Counted from the first letter of the stretch, positions 34,417-47,787 are shown. The stretch is 64,000 nucleotides of DNA from Lobosporangium transversale (GCF_002105155.1 NW_019029010.1:186001-250000), one strand, 5' to 3'. Numbers and translations are program-made. Notes: a model not told the origin generated them from the letters alone.

Positions 34417-36284
34417 GTGGCCGTTTACAGATTTACAGAGAAGCATGGGCTCTCATAACCGACAGCGAATGGGTCAAGTCGGTCGTCTCCGAGGGATTCA
34501 AAATCCCTTTCCACAAACGGCCACCGATATCCAGTTCAACAGCGTACCAAGCTCGAGTAGCAGCGGAGGAAGAGAAGGCGATCGATCAAGAGGTAATCGC
34601 GCTCTTAGCCAAAAGAGCCATAGAGGTCGCTTCGGGCCCTGGTTTCAAGAGCCGAATTTTCACCATCCCCAAGAAAACCGGGGACATTCGACCAGTCTTA
34701 AATCTAAGACCGTTGAATGCCTACGTCTCAGAGCGGCACTTCAAAATGGAGACGATGACGACAGTATGCGCAATGTTACAGAAGAACGACTTTATGACAA
34801 GCATCAACCTATCAGACGCATTTCTTCACGTACTAATCCATCCAGATTATCGTCATTATCTACAGTTCCAATGGAAGAACCGGAAATTTCAATTCCGTAC
34901 ACTTCCCTTCGGGCTCTCGCTCTCTCCGCTAGTGTTCACCAAAGTTCTCAAGCCTTTCCTCAAATGGGCACGACGACGAGGAATTCGCATATCAGCGTAC
35001 CTAGACGATTTGATAATCCTAGCCAAGAACAAAGAACAATCAATCCAGTTCACTCAACTAGTGCAAGACAAGTTGGCAGCGCTAGGATTCCTCATCAAGG
35101 AAGCCAAGTCTACGTTGATCCCGTCACAGAAAATAGACCATTTAGGTTTCACCATCAACTCCCGGGATATGACTGTCACAGTTCCGAAATCCAAAGTCAG
35201 GGACATACGGCGCGAGGCAGGAAAGCTGCTACGAAAAGGCGCCACTTCTTTAAGGGAACTTTCTTCGTTCGTCGGGAAAGCAATGGCAACATCTATGGCA
35301 GTGTTCCCAGCGCGATTCATGACACGGAATCTGCTTCACCTCAAGAACACAGCACTAAAAGCCAAGGGAGCTTCTTGGTCGGACACGGTCACCCTCACGG
35401 AACCAGCCAAGGAGAACCTTCAATGGTGGAAGGAGCAATTGACGTCATGGAATGGTCTGTCATGGATTCAACAACAGACACAAATGGACATATACACGGA
35501 TGCATCGGACACCGGATGGGGGATCGTGATCAACAATCAAACATGGAGTGGCAAATGGACTCCACAAGAGAAAGACCACCACATCAACTGGAAGGAACTA
35601 CAGACAGTTCTTCGAGCTGTTCAACTACCAATAACACAGGGCAAAATGATCAACATCATATGCGACAACACGACAACGATTGCACACATCAACAGGTTCG
35701 GAGGGACGAGGTCTCCGGAACTAATGAGACTAGCGGACACGTTATGGCGTCACTGCCTAGCAACGGGGACTCGACTTCGGACGACATACATCCCATCTGC
35801 ATTCAACCCAGCGGATGCACCGTCACGGCGAATGATATCGCAATTGGAATGGAGGATCAGTCGCCCATTCTTTCAACAACTGGAACACCAATGGGGGCCA
35901 CATCAGGTGGACCTATTTGCGTCGGCACAGAACAAACAGCTACCGACATTTGTCTCATGGAAATTCCATCCAGATGCTCTGAAGATAGACGCCCTTCAAC
36001 ACAACTGGACAGAGATGGGCAACCTTTACATTTGCCCCCCATGGAATCTTCTATCAATCATCTTGGAGAGGATACAGACCCAGAAACTGACAGCAACAGT
36101 AATAACCCCATGGTGGCCGAGTGCAATATGGTTCCCAACCATCAAGGAGATGGCAGTAGCACCACCAATCCCGATCCCTCGGGAAGCAGTCCTACCAGCC
36201 GTCGGAAGCGCAAGCGATCTCCTCAGCAAGAATCCACTCTGGTCATTGACAGCATGGAGAATAAGAGGCGACGTAAAGATCTAG
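34413..36284 (+). CDS. DIRS RT / RNase H / MT; first catalytic Asp replaced by Asn
   Basis: VGGRL start without ATG; SINLSDAF (others SIDLKDAF); YLDD, TDAS, DLFAS, YICPPW. Confidence 0.9.
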   Translation, partial: VGGRLQIYREAWALITDSEWVKSVVSEGFKIPFHKRPPISSSTAYQARVAAEEEKAIDQEVIALLAKRAIEVASGPGFKSRIFTIPKKTGDIRPVLNLRPLNAYVSERHFKMETMTTVCAMLQKNDFMTSINLSDAFLHVLIHPDYRHYLQFQWKNRKFQFRTLPFGLSLSPLVFTKVLKPFLKWARRRGIRISAYLDDLIILAKNKEQSIQFTQLVQDKLAALGFLIKEAKSTLIPSQKIDHLGFTINSRDMTVTVPKSKVRDIRREAGKLLRKGATSLRELSSFVGKAMATSMAVFPARFMTRNLLHLKNTALKAKGASWSDTVTLTEPAKENLQWWKEQLTSWNGLSWIQQQTQMDIYTDASDTGWGIVINNQTWSGKWTPQEKDHHINWKELQTVLRAVQLPITQGKMINIICDNTTTIAHINRFGGTRSPELMRLADTLWRHCLATGTRLRTTYIPSAFNPADAPSRRMISQLEWRISRPFFQQLEHQWGPHQVDLFASAQNKQLPTFVSWKFHPDALKIDALQHNWTEMGNLYICPPWNLLSIILERIQTQKLTATVITPWWPSAIWFPTIKEMAVAPPIPIPREAVLPAVGSASDLLSKNPLWSLTAWRIRGDVKI

Positions 36285-37218
36285 ATGCAGGACTCTCACC
36301 ATCCGCTATCACTCTACTAGATTCAGCAGGTGCCAACAGCAAAACACGTCGACAATATCTGCCAACTCAAGAGGCTTTCGCAGTATGGGCTCAACAAGAA
36401 GGCTTCGACCCTAGTACGCCAAATGCAATTGCTGTAGTTAACTATTTATGCCATGCGCGGATTATCTATTCTTGGAGTAGGAATACCACTCTTAACAAAA
36501 AATCAGCCATCTTAAAGCTTTACGACGACACATCCGTGATCACAGGCAATATCTACTTTCAGCGGTTCATGGCAGCAATGAAAAGTACTGGCGTATTTCA
36601 AATGGAGCACGTATCCGCACTCGACATTTCACCCATCCTTTCATACTTCCGCATGGAGGACAATGTGGATCTTGATATGCCTAAGCTCTCTCGCAAGCTC
36701 TGCTGGCTCTTAGGCGTTTGTGCGTTTCTCCGGCCAGATGATATCGGTTGCATTGATGTGTCAAAGTCAGATATCAATGAAAGGGTCTTCTCCTTACCAT
36801 AGTCTTCCCTAAGGAACGGCGCGATGGGCAGCGCATCATAAAGTCGATCTTCGTAGGTAGACACCCTAACGACAAGAAAATTTGCCCAGTCGAGGCCTAT
36901 ACAGAATACACCAGACGGATAGCGGACACACCTCTCGAAATCGAGCACCACAAAGATCAGGATTATAAATTCAATCCTCTTATGCGTTTTGTGAAAGACA
37001 AGTCCAAAGTCCTTAGGGTCAGTACCATAGGCACTTTTATGAATGAAATCACACGTCGGATTCCAAATCTTCCGTCGAAACGGCCTCCTCCAAAGCCACG
37101 CGCTATAGGATCAACCTTGGCAGCCATCGCTGGCGTATCAACCCAAGATATCATGGTTCAAGGGAATTGGTCGTCTGGAAGTGCTACAAAGGACGCACTA
37201 TCCTCATTATCAGAGTAG
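36254..37218 (+). pseudogene. DIRS tyrosine recombinase pseudogene
   Basis: FLRPDDI; frameshift ~36795; KPRAIGST, QGNWSS, then a jump into the ICR with no catalytic Tyr. Confidence 0.85.
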
Positions 37219-37417
37219 CCATGGGACATATGTCCCTCCCACACCTCCCTTTTCTTTTCACTCGTTACTAGATAGAGAGTAGATCAGAGCGAACGCTAGA
37301 TTTTATTTATTTTATTTTTAGTTTTCTCGGTCAGAAGGAATAAAAGAGGTCACACACATATGTCCCATGGCTACTTTGATAATGAGGATAGTGCGTCGTC
37401 TTTTGTAGCACTTCCAG

Positions 37418-40365
37418 ATCGAAATCTATGCGAAGTATCGGATCCTGAATTTCGATCGACATTTCGCATGCAACCCACGGTTCATTTGCTTTATTACAGA
37501 CTGGATCAACAAAGACCGTACTTACGGCTATCGGTTCCGTACTACAACCAGATTACGAGCAAATGAGCGGCCAACAGAACGCGCAGATATCTTTGAATGT
37601 AAGCGATAATACATTAGTAAGCGTTAACTGTAGCTCTTTTATTTCTATTTTTAATATCTTTCCTTTATTATTATTATTATTATTACTAATATTATTAAAA
37701 CCATTGTTATCTGACCATACACCTTTTGCTACCTGGATTTTTTGCGACTACGAAAGCTGGAAGGCTCAATCGTGACGAGTCGATTGCAGTTCCAGCGAGC
37801 CTCAGGACAGGAGCCGCATATAAAATTGCGTTGAGGCAGAGCAGATCCGGACCTTCATGTAGTGGCATGTGGAGCCCAGTCGGAAGACCCATTTTTGCAG
37901 TATTTGATTAAGACGCATCAGCATCATAGGCACTCAAGGTCCTACTGCAAAAAGCGCTCTAAAGTTTGTCGCTTTATCTTTCCAAAACCCCTAGCCAGTA
38001 ATACGTATTTTGACAAGGAGAGTGAGCGTTTTGTTTACGCAAGGAGGGCTGAGATGAGTATACCAATAACTATAATGCAGCTATTTTGCGATTCTGCCAA
38101 AGCAACATGGATATTCAGATTAATATGGGATCGCGAGCGTTGGTCTACATAGGCAAATATATAAGCAAAGCCATAACAACATACCAAGGTTCCGTAGTTC
38201 CATCAGGTACGTTTTTTCTTGCCGGATTTTGTCTAATTTTTTATTTTTAAGTTTTAATAAACAGATTTGTTTCCTGTCAATCATAGATGCCCATGAAGAT
38301 GAGAAGCTTGCAGGTCTTTTAACAGTTAAGGAAGGGAACAGTGAGTTAGGACTGGAAGAAAAAAAAAAAAAAAAAAAAAAAAAAAGGACTTGGACAAAGT
38401 TACCGGTTCTGAAAATATTAATGACATTTGAGTGCAGAATTTTTTTACAACAAAATCTCCTTACCAGAACTGGTTATGGATTTGACATCGATGCATCTAT
38501 CGCATAAAAGTCACAAGGTGCTTTTTCTCCAATCACATAAAAAAGAGGACCGAAAGTCTATTATTAGGCCCAAGGCAGGAGAAGGAGACCCTGAGGATCC
38601 AACAGATATCTTTATGGACGATCTATGGATCAAGTATCTGCAGAGACCTGAGGGTACTCTGTTCGAGAGCTTGACGTATATACAGTTTTATGAGCAGTAT
38701 CGTCAGGTCTTCACTGGTATCTCAGGAGAGCAACCGAAGCCCCCATACAACCAAGGCACCGCTGATGTTAAAATTACGTATTTAGACAGAAGTGACCCGC
38801 CTCGTAAATACCGACGTTATGAGGCTGGGCATCAGCGTGTTGTAAGATACAGAGCCACACCAATGGATAATGTTGATGAAGCCTGTGTTCATTTGTTGAT
38901 GCTGCACTGGCCAATGCGTATTGACACAGATCAGTGGTTGCATGCTTTCGGTGCAGAGACCTATTTTGACCTCACTAGGGCTCTTTTGCCTGATGAGTTA
39001 ATGGAGACCGTTTCGCCGTTGCTTCCGGATCCATCAGTAAATCTGGGGCTCCAAGGTGCCCTTGAAGCGTCTCCAGCTCTTAACCAAGAGCAGCAGGCTG
39101 CTTTGATCCAAATGGTTGAGACACCTGACCGCTACTTCGTCTCTGGGCGCGCAGGAACGGGCAAATCGACCCTGATTCGTGTACTTGTGCGTGAGCTTTG
39201 CAACGGAGGTGTGTATGAGCCTGTGGTGTTAGCTCCATCAGGAGTGGCAGCAGTAAACATTTGTGGATGGACTATCCACCGCTTTTTTGGTGCCAAGATG
39301 GATCCTCGATCCAGAGACCAGTTTCTGCACGACCCATTCACACTTGACAGGAATTTGCACCAGATACGCGGAAAGAGGCCATTCTTCATCATTGACGAAA
39401 TCTCCATGGTTCTGGCTTCCACTTTGGATAGGATTTCTTTTGCTCTTCGCACGAATACAAAGAACTTTGCTCTGTCCGGTACTCCTTTCGCAGGGATCCC
39501 TGTTACACTATTTGGAGATTTTGGTCAACTAGGGCCAGTGGTGGCACATCCTGCTGGTCTAGGGTCTGCTGACCCAGATGCACACAATGAGCGGGCCTGA
39601 GATGCCCAGGTGTTTTCATCATTTCAGCGGATGGAGTTCCGTACGTCTTGTCATCAGGAAGGTCACAATGCCTTTTTTGATTTCCTGTCCATTGTTCGCA
39701 TAGGACCCAGGACGGAGTTAGAATCCCATTTCGTATTGACTGTGCTTCAGAGCCGAGAAGCAAAGACTGTCGAGGATTGGGAGCAAGTCATAGTCTTATC
39801 TGCAAGGGTGAAGACCGTAGAGAAGATAAATTCCATCATCACAGAACAAGCGATGGCTGAAGGGATGCATGTGATGGACTTGAAGGCAAAGGATTCAGGC
39901 GGCATCTTCTCAAATTATAACAATTCGTTGTTTGAAAGTGAGACCGGGTTGGTAACCAAACTCAAACTCTGGATTGGAGCGAAAGTTATCGTCACATCAA
40001 ACCTGAGTAGGGATGTTTGTAACGGAACGCTGGCCACAATCACGGGGATTTTCGAGAACCAGGTGATTGTCCGTCTCCGCAATGACCGTGAGATTAAGAT
40101 CGAGCGAATAACTCGACAGCTATCCAAGGGAGGAAGAGCAAGACGACAGTTTCCTTTGCTGTTTTCCTACGCCACGACTATCCACAGAGCACAAGGACTA
40201 ACTCTTCCCGCAGTAGTGGTTAATCTCGGAGGACTCTTTTGTAGTGGTCAGGGATACGTTGCTCTTAGTCGAGTACGGAGACTTGAAGATCTTCTAGTGC
40301 TCAATATCCCATCGTCGCTAGAAAGTCTTTATCCATCTCCCAGCATCCGCCAGCATCTGCTTTAG
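37418..40365 (+). pseudogene. HLE2-like Rep-PIF1 gene, copy 2 (5'-truncated, HUH motif deleted, internal stop at 39598)
   Basis: YAKYRILNFD, HRHSRSYC..CRFIFPKP, GRAGTGKS, DEISM, TIHRAQG, YVALSR; intron positions match copy 1. Confidence 0.85.
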
Positions 40366-40886
40366 AACTTCTAGAGGGATGAGAAATAAATGAAATAAAG
40401 GAAACAAGGTCTATGCAAAATCTGGGGATTAGAGAAGCAGTAAGTATATTTACCAGAGGTCTTTGTATAAAAATAAATAGTGTATTATTGAGGCACTTCA
40501 TGACTGACTTTAAACAAACGTCATCACCGACCATTTTCAGGTTCCATTTTCTTCTTTTCTTTCTCTGCTTCTTTCACATTTCCTCCAGCTCACTCTTTCC
40601 TCCCTCTTTTCTTTCCCTCTCTTCAGATTTTTACATCTCTGTCTTTTCATTGTCATCGTTTCATTCTTCTAGTTCACTCTACTCTTTTTTTTTTTTTTTT
40701 TTTTTTAAGCGCTTTATTTATTGCTCCACCTCATTCTCCCTTACATCATTGGACGTCCTCTCGTCCTTTCTCCATTTTTTCCTTTGCTCTCCAACGAACT
40801 GAACGACTTTGCAATCATTAAAAAAGAAAAAAAAACCTTCTCCTCTTCAGACGCTGTATTGTTTTATCTCCCCTAAATCTTAAGTG

Positions 40887-40919
<33 letters not shown>

Positions 40920-41048
40920 TTGTCTGCTTTTTTCCTCCACACTGCTCCGCTATCCACTCGACCAGAAGATCAAAAGTACTCGACCAGTGAGTTCGTTCTG
41001 TCATTATTTTTTTTTTTATAAAGGTAAATTATCGTGTGTGGAAAGAAG

Positions 41049-41083
<35 letters not shown>

Positions 41084-41546
41084 ATGTGTTCCAATGTCAT
41101 CCTCCACAGACCATTTCAGGGGCCATTTTCTTTTTTTTTTTTCTCACGATGTTTAATTCTCCCACCCTCTTTCTTCTTTTCTTCCTCCCCGCATCTTTCA
41201 CTATTCTTTCAGAACACTCTTCTACTTCCACCTCTCCTTCCTCTCTCCTCCCTGTCATATCATTCACTTTTCACTCTCTCTCACATTTTACTCAACTCTC
41301 CCAAAACCTTTACTTCATGTCTAGTTATCCAAACTGAAAGCATTCTCTCATTTTTCTATACACTCAAGCCTTCCCTTTTCTTTTCGTGTTCTCTCATTTT
41401 ACTGACTTTCCTGCGTTGCGACTCTTTGGACTGACAAAAAAAAAAAAAAAAAAAAAAACGTGGCTACTTTGATGTAAGGGAGTACACCTTAATTTCAGAA
41501 ATTTGCTTTTTACTATTTGATGTTGTCCATCACTGTCCATTGCAGT

Positions 41547-41584
<38 letters not shown>

Positions 41585-41674
41585 CTTGCCCATCACCATC
41601 TATCGTTGTCTTTTTTTAGTTCATTGCTGATGCCTGACTGCAAGTTTCTTTTTTTTAGGAACGATCTTCAAAGA

Positions 41675-43329
41675 ATGACGAAATCGTCTCAAGGAGAAGA
41701 TGAAAAGAGAGACGAAGAGAGAGACGTAAAAAGATAAAAGACACGGCAAGAATGCCACATTTGCAAGAAAGACTTTGCAAGCTTGTCGTCTCTCAACAGC
41801 CACATTCATGATTGGCACACTGCAGGGGGCACTATTTATTTCAATGATGGAGGACCCGTCATTATTCAGCGGAGTGAAGGCCAATATCGTTGCAGGAAAT
41901 GTGCCTTTGTCTGTGACACAAAATCAGGATTTCGAAAACACATTCTTGACGAAAGGAACAAAGCCTGCCTCGAACACATACAAACACAGGTGGAAGAAAG
42001 CGTTGTCAATCCCAGTCCTAGTCCAAAGTCTGGAGATCAGTCAACGAGGCTCTTATTGAAGCATCACCTATTTCATCACCATCATGGCAAAAGGCGCTCT
42101 ATTTTGCAGACAAAGTTGGTGAATATCCCATCGGAATTGCTCTGGAAGGGAAAGAGTACAATGTAATGGTCAAGAAGGAGATCTTCAACAAACTACCAAG
42201 CCAGCCAACTTTCATTCCCATCATTCGACCAATTCAAGGTTCTGAAAGTCCAGCAGCATGGGACATCCAACAATGCGTGAAGTGTTCTTCCCCATTGCAA
42301 CCACCAATAAAAAACATCCTTGAAAAGTCACCTTTCATTGGCTCTTTATCAACACGCCATTACATCGAGCTGTTAAAGATGACAGCCAAATTGCTGAACC
42401 TGAATTGGACAACCTATCCGCAGGCACGGCAGATCTCGAGCCACATCCTCTCTGGCGTGATCATGTTTTACACTGAACAAAGTGACCAAAGCTGCATCTT
42501 AATCAACGAAGTTGAATCCTATGGCCGGACTAGAATGATTGATTGCCATTCCGAACAAAGAACAGCAGTGAAGGGTGTGCCAAAGGACACATCGCTTCCA
42601 GAAACAGTCCGGAAAGACAGGTACAAAGGCGTCCATCCAGTCACCCTGCATAAGAAAGATGGCAAGCGGCTCGTCATCGGCACTTTCACATGCAACATCC
42701 TGGTCACAAGTTGTGTTCGCCTTGATCCTGAGGGCAAATCAGCTGTTTCGGTGGGAGGTGATACCCAAATCTTCGTCATCTCTGAAAGAGATACTTCAAA
42801 GATCCGTATTTTCCTTAACTCTGAGCGAATCAAGCTCTGCAAGGAAATGAAGAAGAAATCACTTTCCAGGGTGACAAGAAATATGGGGATGGAGTGTCTA
42901 CGGCAGATTAGAACAAAGTTCGATCAGTTTGGCGCATACGACCTCTCTCGGTGCTCGGGACCGATGACAAACTCAATTCCTTTTCAGCCATACACGATCT
43001 TCACCATTGCCAATTCCGGAGGTGGCCGAGGGAGGGCATTTGGTGCTGGATTTCTTTTCAATAAACTTGGACAAGCAGTGATTATTGATGAGGAAAGAGC
43101 AAAGCTCGCAAGAAGTGTCATTAAGGTCAGTCTCGATCACTGAAAGTCTAATCCAGAATTTCGAACGCCTCTTGAGGCAATCCAAGCTCTCTTTCCAGAT
43201 TCCGTAGACGAGATTACATTGATCGGAAATGTTGAGCTAAACAAACATTTACAAATATTAGCCACATTGTTGGAAGCAGGATCTCTGAGGAAAACAAATA
43301 GATCGCTACTGGTATTGTGCGCCAATTGA
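41675..43329 (+). pseudogene. Double C2H2 zinc finger plus domain with AAG/MPG glycosylase-like motifs
   Basis: CHICKKDF..H..WH, CRKC..H; ILINEVESY..DCHSE..NILVTSCVRL; stops near 41735 and 43141 and a frameshift. Confidence 0.55.
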
Positions 43330-44030
43330 CAAACTGGAAAAAAAAAAAAAAAAAAAAAAAAAGTTTATGAACAAGTTATACATAACGGCCCCTTAAGTAT
43401 CGCTGTAAAGATAAAAAAATAAAAAAAAATAAAAGAGAAGAGGAAAGAGAGATGTTGGTTCCCTCACCGCCTTTGAAATCTCAGGCCCCAGGCCCCAGTG
43501 TTGGGCGAGTAAATAAAAGTGAGACAGATGTGACGTGACATAAATTTTTGTTTCAGATCTTTTTCGCAGTCGAGATCCCACATTGACTTGACTTTATTTT
43601 TTTTATTTTTTTTTTTTGAATTCAATGTTTTTCCAAGTTCTCGATAACGTACTAAATGGATATGTATGAATTTTTGGTGGCTGTGAGATCATTGAAAACG
43701 GGTTCGAATGGCGCCTTGATGATCGTTGGGCCCCAGTATCTGGGGTGTAAGCTTTGTAAAACCAGATGTGACGTAGCTAAAAAACTTTTTTTTTTTGAAT
43801 AATGAGGCTACAAAGCATAGTGACAAACTCTTACATGGCTGCATTTTTTGTTTTCTCTTTATTTAATTGCAAAGTTCATTCATCTTTATTGCTATCGTTT
43901 TTAATCTGCTAGTCTTGGCTTTTTTTTTTTATTTTTTATTCGCTTGCCTCCCATTCCTGAGAGCTCACTTTCTTGGCCTTGTCCTCGTTAGCTCCAGCTT
44001 TTGATTCTGATTCTGATTCTGATTCTCTGT

Positions 44031-44128
44031 CGTGACTAGAACTGCTCCTGTGATTGTTTCTAGTCCTTTATTGCCACCAGATTCAATAACTTGGATTCCT
44101 TCTATTGCCAAGGCTTCGTGGGTTTTTA
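44031..44128 (-). repeat. 98-bp inverted copy of 48603-48700
   Basis: One mismatch; both encode KTHEALAIEGIQVIESGGNKGLETITGAVLVT. Confidence 0.93.
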
Positions 44129-44164
44129 TAATGAAGATTTGCATGGTGTCTAGTGAGTATTTTC

Positions 44165-47100
44165 TTGCACACCCACAGTTCCAGACATGTTGCCAATCCT
44201 GTTTCATTCTCCAGATACGCCCGAAAGTCATATTGCTGTTGTTGTCGTCGCCGTCGTGGGATGCTATCGACTGCCATAAATGAGGTTGGGATGATGTTCT
44301 CCTGCAGCAATTGTGCCTGTATTATGTCGTTCACCTCACGAGCAACTCTTCGCCATGGTGTTAGGATGGTTGCATTCGGTTGTCGAGCTGTTGCTGCTGA
44401 GAGTGCAGTCAGTATGGTCCTAATCTGTGCCACCTCTGCCTCGTTCTGGGGTTCACGCCGGATAAGGTTGAGGAAGGTAAAGAAGGCGGGTCCTGTCCTT
44501 GTCGACAAGGCTGCGTGAGCTCATGGCGGACAAAGGTATGGAAGATCGTGGCCATCCATAGCCATTGGTCATGATTGTCCACCTCCCGGACAATGGGCCC
44601 GAGCTGTCCAAAGTCTCCGAAGAGGACGATGGGCAGGCCTCCGAATGGGAGCTGGGCCAGTGCGCCTGTAGCGAGTCGCTTTAGTGCCTCGGATATTTGA
44701 TCGAGCATTGAAGCCTGCATCATCGACACCTCATCTATCACTAGATAGCGTTTCCGGCCGCGCAACCGAAGCGTCTTTATGATCCAGTCCAGTCTGAACA
44801 AATCTGGGATGAAGGCCGGCCTGGCGCAGTGTCGGATCAACCCTGGAGCCGAAGAAGCTATGGATAGTTTGCCCTGAAATGTTCGCTGCTGCAACGCCAG
44901 AGGGTGCAAGGCGTATGGGTTCATACACTCCGTGTTCACGTACTACCTCGCAAAGAGCACGCAGAAGAGTCGATTTCCCCGTGCCCGCTGGTCCCGACAC
45001 AAAATAACGTCCGGAATTAAGGACGATCCGTGTCATCAGTTGCCGTTGTTCATCGTTCAACATGTCTCTCGCCACTTCGTTTGTTTGTGTCTGCGCCTGT
45101 CTCTGGGGTCCCGAACTTTTGGCACATAGAGTCGATCTCGTACTGCAGCTGGAGCTTGTACGCCACACTGAGGCGGATGGTGCAGGGGAGGGCCATGGAC
45201 TCTACTCGATCATCGGCCCTAGTCGTGGCTCTGCCCTCTCGTGTTGATGGCGTGGTCCTGAGCCGGTATCCGTGTAAGTTGTTTTTTGTTATAAAGTCCT
45301 CCATAAAGGCAATAAAGCGCTCGTTTCGGCCAAAGGCGCGGTTGAAGTGGAGGATCCGATACTTTGCATAGCCCTTGATGGTCATTATTGGTAAATCACG
45401 ATCTTGTGGTTGACGTAAAGTCTGTTTTTGATGCCACAGCGCAAAGGCCCCGGTCCCGAAGGGGTAGAGCTCAGGGAAGAGCGAGGGCAGGAGTTCTGGA
45501 TTGGAGAAGGCGATGTCCGCCTGAGTCTGCAAGTCAACGGCGACCAAGACTTCCTCCACAGAGATATCGGCGGCCCTTGGCCTTTCTTCTCGGACGGGGC
45601 GCAGCAGGGCAGTGTTGAAGAGAGGACGGTGACCAGCTGCTGCCTCGCTCTCTCGGACTTGGCCACGCACAGCTGCTCTGTCAGTGAGGTCTGGTTGGGC
45701 TTCAGTAAAGAGTGGGTTATAGTCCCGGAGCCATTGCCGTGCTTCAAGGATTCGGTCTTGGTTTGCGGGTGGAACACGGTTGTTGATAAGGGTGTTCCGC
45801 AGCCCGTCAACGGAGCGAATGAATTTATTGGACCTGTAGATGGAAATGTTGCCATCGATGTGTGTGAACTCGAGGAGCGTGCCGGTCTTTTGGACGACGG
45901 GAACGTGTGTCATAATCTTACACACATACGGCAAGTCTGCCAAAGTTAAGGCCCGAAGAGGTTGCGGGGCTTGGTTCTCGTTTATTAGGTTGCCATTCTC
46001 TGTTGTGTGCCGAAAAGGGTTAGTCCAGTACATGTTGATGAAGTCAATCTATTCAGATAATATATAACATTAGTTTTTATTTTTTTATTTTTTTATTTTT
46101 TTATTTTTAAGAGTGCTTACCATCTCCAGAGTGCTCTCTGTCAGTAGTCTATGGCTTGCACATGCTACGGGGATGTTGTTTTTCATCGTTGGTGTGCGAT
46201 CGTACTGCAGACAAGGCCATTCGATCGCATCCAAATCCACAGCCAAGCCTGCTTTCACCTTTATTATGATTGCATCCTCAAAGTAGAGAATACGACAGCA
46301 AACACAACAAAAAAATCAGGACTTCGCTGGGCGTGTTCTCGGTATTGCCTCAAGTTATGTTCGATGATGACAGGTAAATGACGGCCTTCAGGCATAATAT
46401 CCCGAAGGAATGGGGCTTCATCATCCAGCTGCTTTTGAAGCAAACGTTGCTCCTCTGGTCCATCGTATGCCTGTACGTCTGCTGCAGCATCTACACTAAG
46501 CAAGGGTTTCGGTAGAGATAAGGTACAATCAGCGGTTTGTACAAAAAAAAAAAAAAAAAAATCTCAGGAGTAACATACATGTCCTCTTCCCACTGTTCAT
46601 GCTCATCCATGTCATCCAGATTGAAGTCAACCTCTTCGTCGTATAAACTATCATCATAAAAAGTGGAATCGAGAAGCGTTAGAAAAAAAAATAAAAAAAT
46701 AAAAAAAATTAAAAATAAGCTCGTTGCTGAGCTGGCTCTTGGGCATTAAAAGGTGCTTACTTTTCAACTGTCTCAGAGCTCCATTTATGCCAAAGTTCAC
46801 TAGGTAGACAATGTAGCAGGAAGTAAGGCTCAAAGACTATTAGTGTTTCCATTTTAATGTCATATGCAGAAGATGAAAAGCCCTGTTGCTGCCACTACTG
46901 AAGCTACTTACTCTCCAGCGTTATCAGAGCTCCAACCAAAAGTCCCCGGTGAACTAGATAATTGAATAAAAAAAAAAAAAAAAAAAAAAAAGTGAGTAAG
47001 TTGAAGGACAACATAAATAAAGTACAGTGCAGAGTGTCAACAATCATGAAAAAAAGTAATACCATACTCAGAGCGAGGCTCTTCCCAAGGATTGGACGAA

Positions 47101-47210
47101 GTCTCTTCACTCTCGGAGCCAAAGGAAAGTTCGTGCCCTTCACTAGACCGAGGGAGACGAGGGTCTGACCAAGGACTGTGAACGGGGGATGATGGTGGAA
47201 GATCAGACAT
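44165..47210 (-). pseudogene. HLE2-like Rep-PIF1 gene, copy 3 (internal deletion after FGTPE, 3'-truncated, frameshifts)
   Basis: FFCCVCCR..WPC, LFPELYPFG, YAKYRILHF, FGTPE joined to LNDEQ..GPAGTGKS, DEVSM, GDFGQL, ETGL. The 5' exon structure is uncertain. Confidence 0.82.
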
Positions 47211-47528
47211 GGCGATGTTACAAAATGGGCTTACAAAGGTAGAAAAGCAAGATGTTTTCAAAAGAAGGGAAAAGGTAAAGAAACAAGAAGAGTTTCCTAT
47301 ACCTTTTTCTTTTTTCTCTTTCTTTTGAAACAATAAAGGGATATATTTGGTAATAAAAGGTGGCTTTGATAACATAAGCGCTGATGCGTCCATCCTCTGC
47401 AGTTGCCGAGCATTAACAGCCTACTCTAACTATTTTTTTTATTAAGAAAAGCGAAGGATTCAAAGGAAAAGATGGTTTAACTGAACAAAAAAAATAAAAA
47501 TAAAAAAATAAATAAAAAAAGCTTATGA

Positions 47529-47645
47529 CTGATCAAAGCGTCTAAAAGATTTGTGCAAAGATGACCGAACTGATCAAAAAAAACTGATGTCTGATCAAAG
47601 CATCCAAAAGATCTGTGCAAAGATGATCGAACTGTTCAAAAATAA
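47529..47645. repeat. 62-bp imperfect tandem repeat in the divergent intergenic region
   Basis: CTGATCAAAGC..AAAAGAT.TGTGCAAAGATGA.CGAACTG.TCAAAA at 47529 and 47591. Confidence 0.8.
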
Positions 47646-47787
47646 AAATAAAAATAAAAATAAAAATAAAAGAAGGGCAGGTTGAATGAGAAGAAAAAAA
47701 AAAAATCATATTCTTTCACCTACTTTTTTTTTTACCTACCCTTGACCTCAAACCTCATACCTCCACTACCCACACTGCTCACACACA

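Larger units (their letters stand above)
33335..37420 (+). mobile_element. DIRS family C element, defective
   Basis: ITRs (~33355-33443 and ~37274-37360); right half of the ICR at 37174-37232. A deletion removed the YR C-terminus and the left ICR half. Confidence 0.92.

Noticed and set aside
40413..41434. F/S/K-rich ORFs here and at 22363-22972
   Set aside because: They are translations of poly-T, poly-A and CT-rich non-coding DNA.
41461..41473. 13-bp match to the DIRS C right terminus
   Set aside because: Too short and lacks further similarity.
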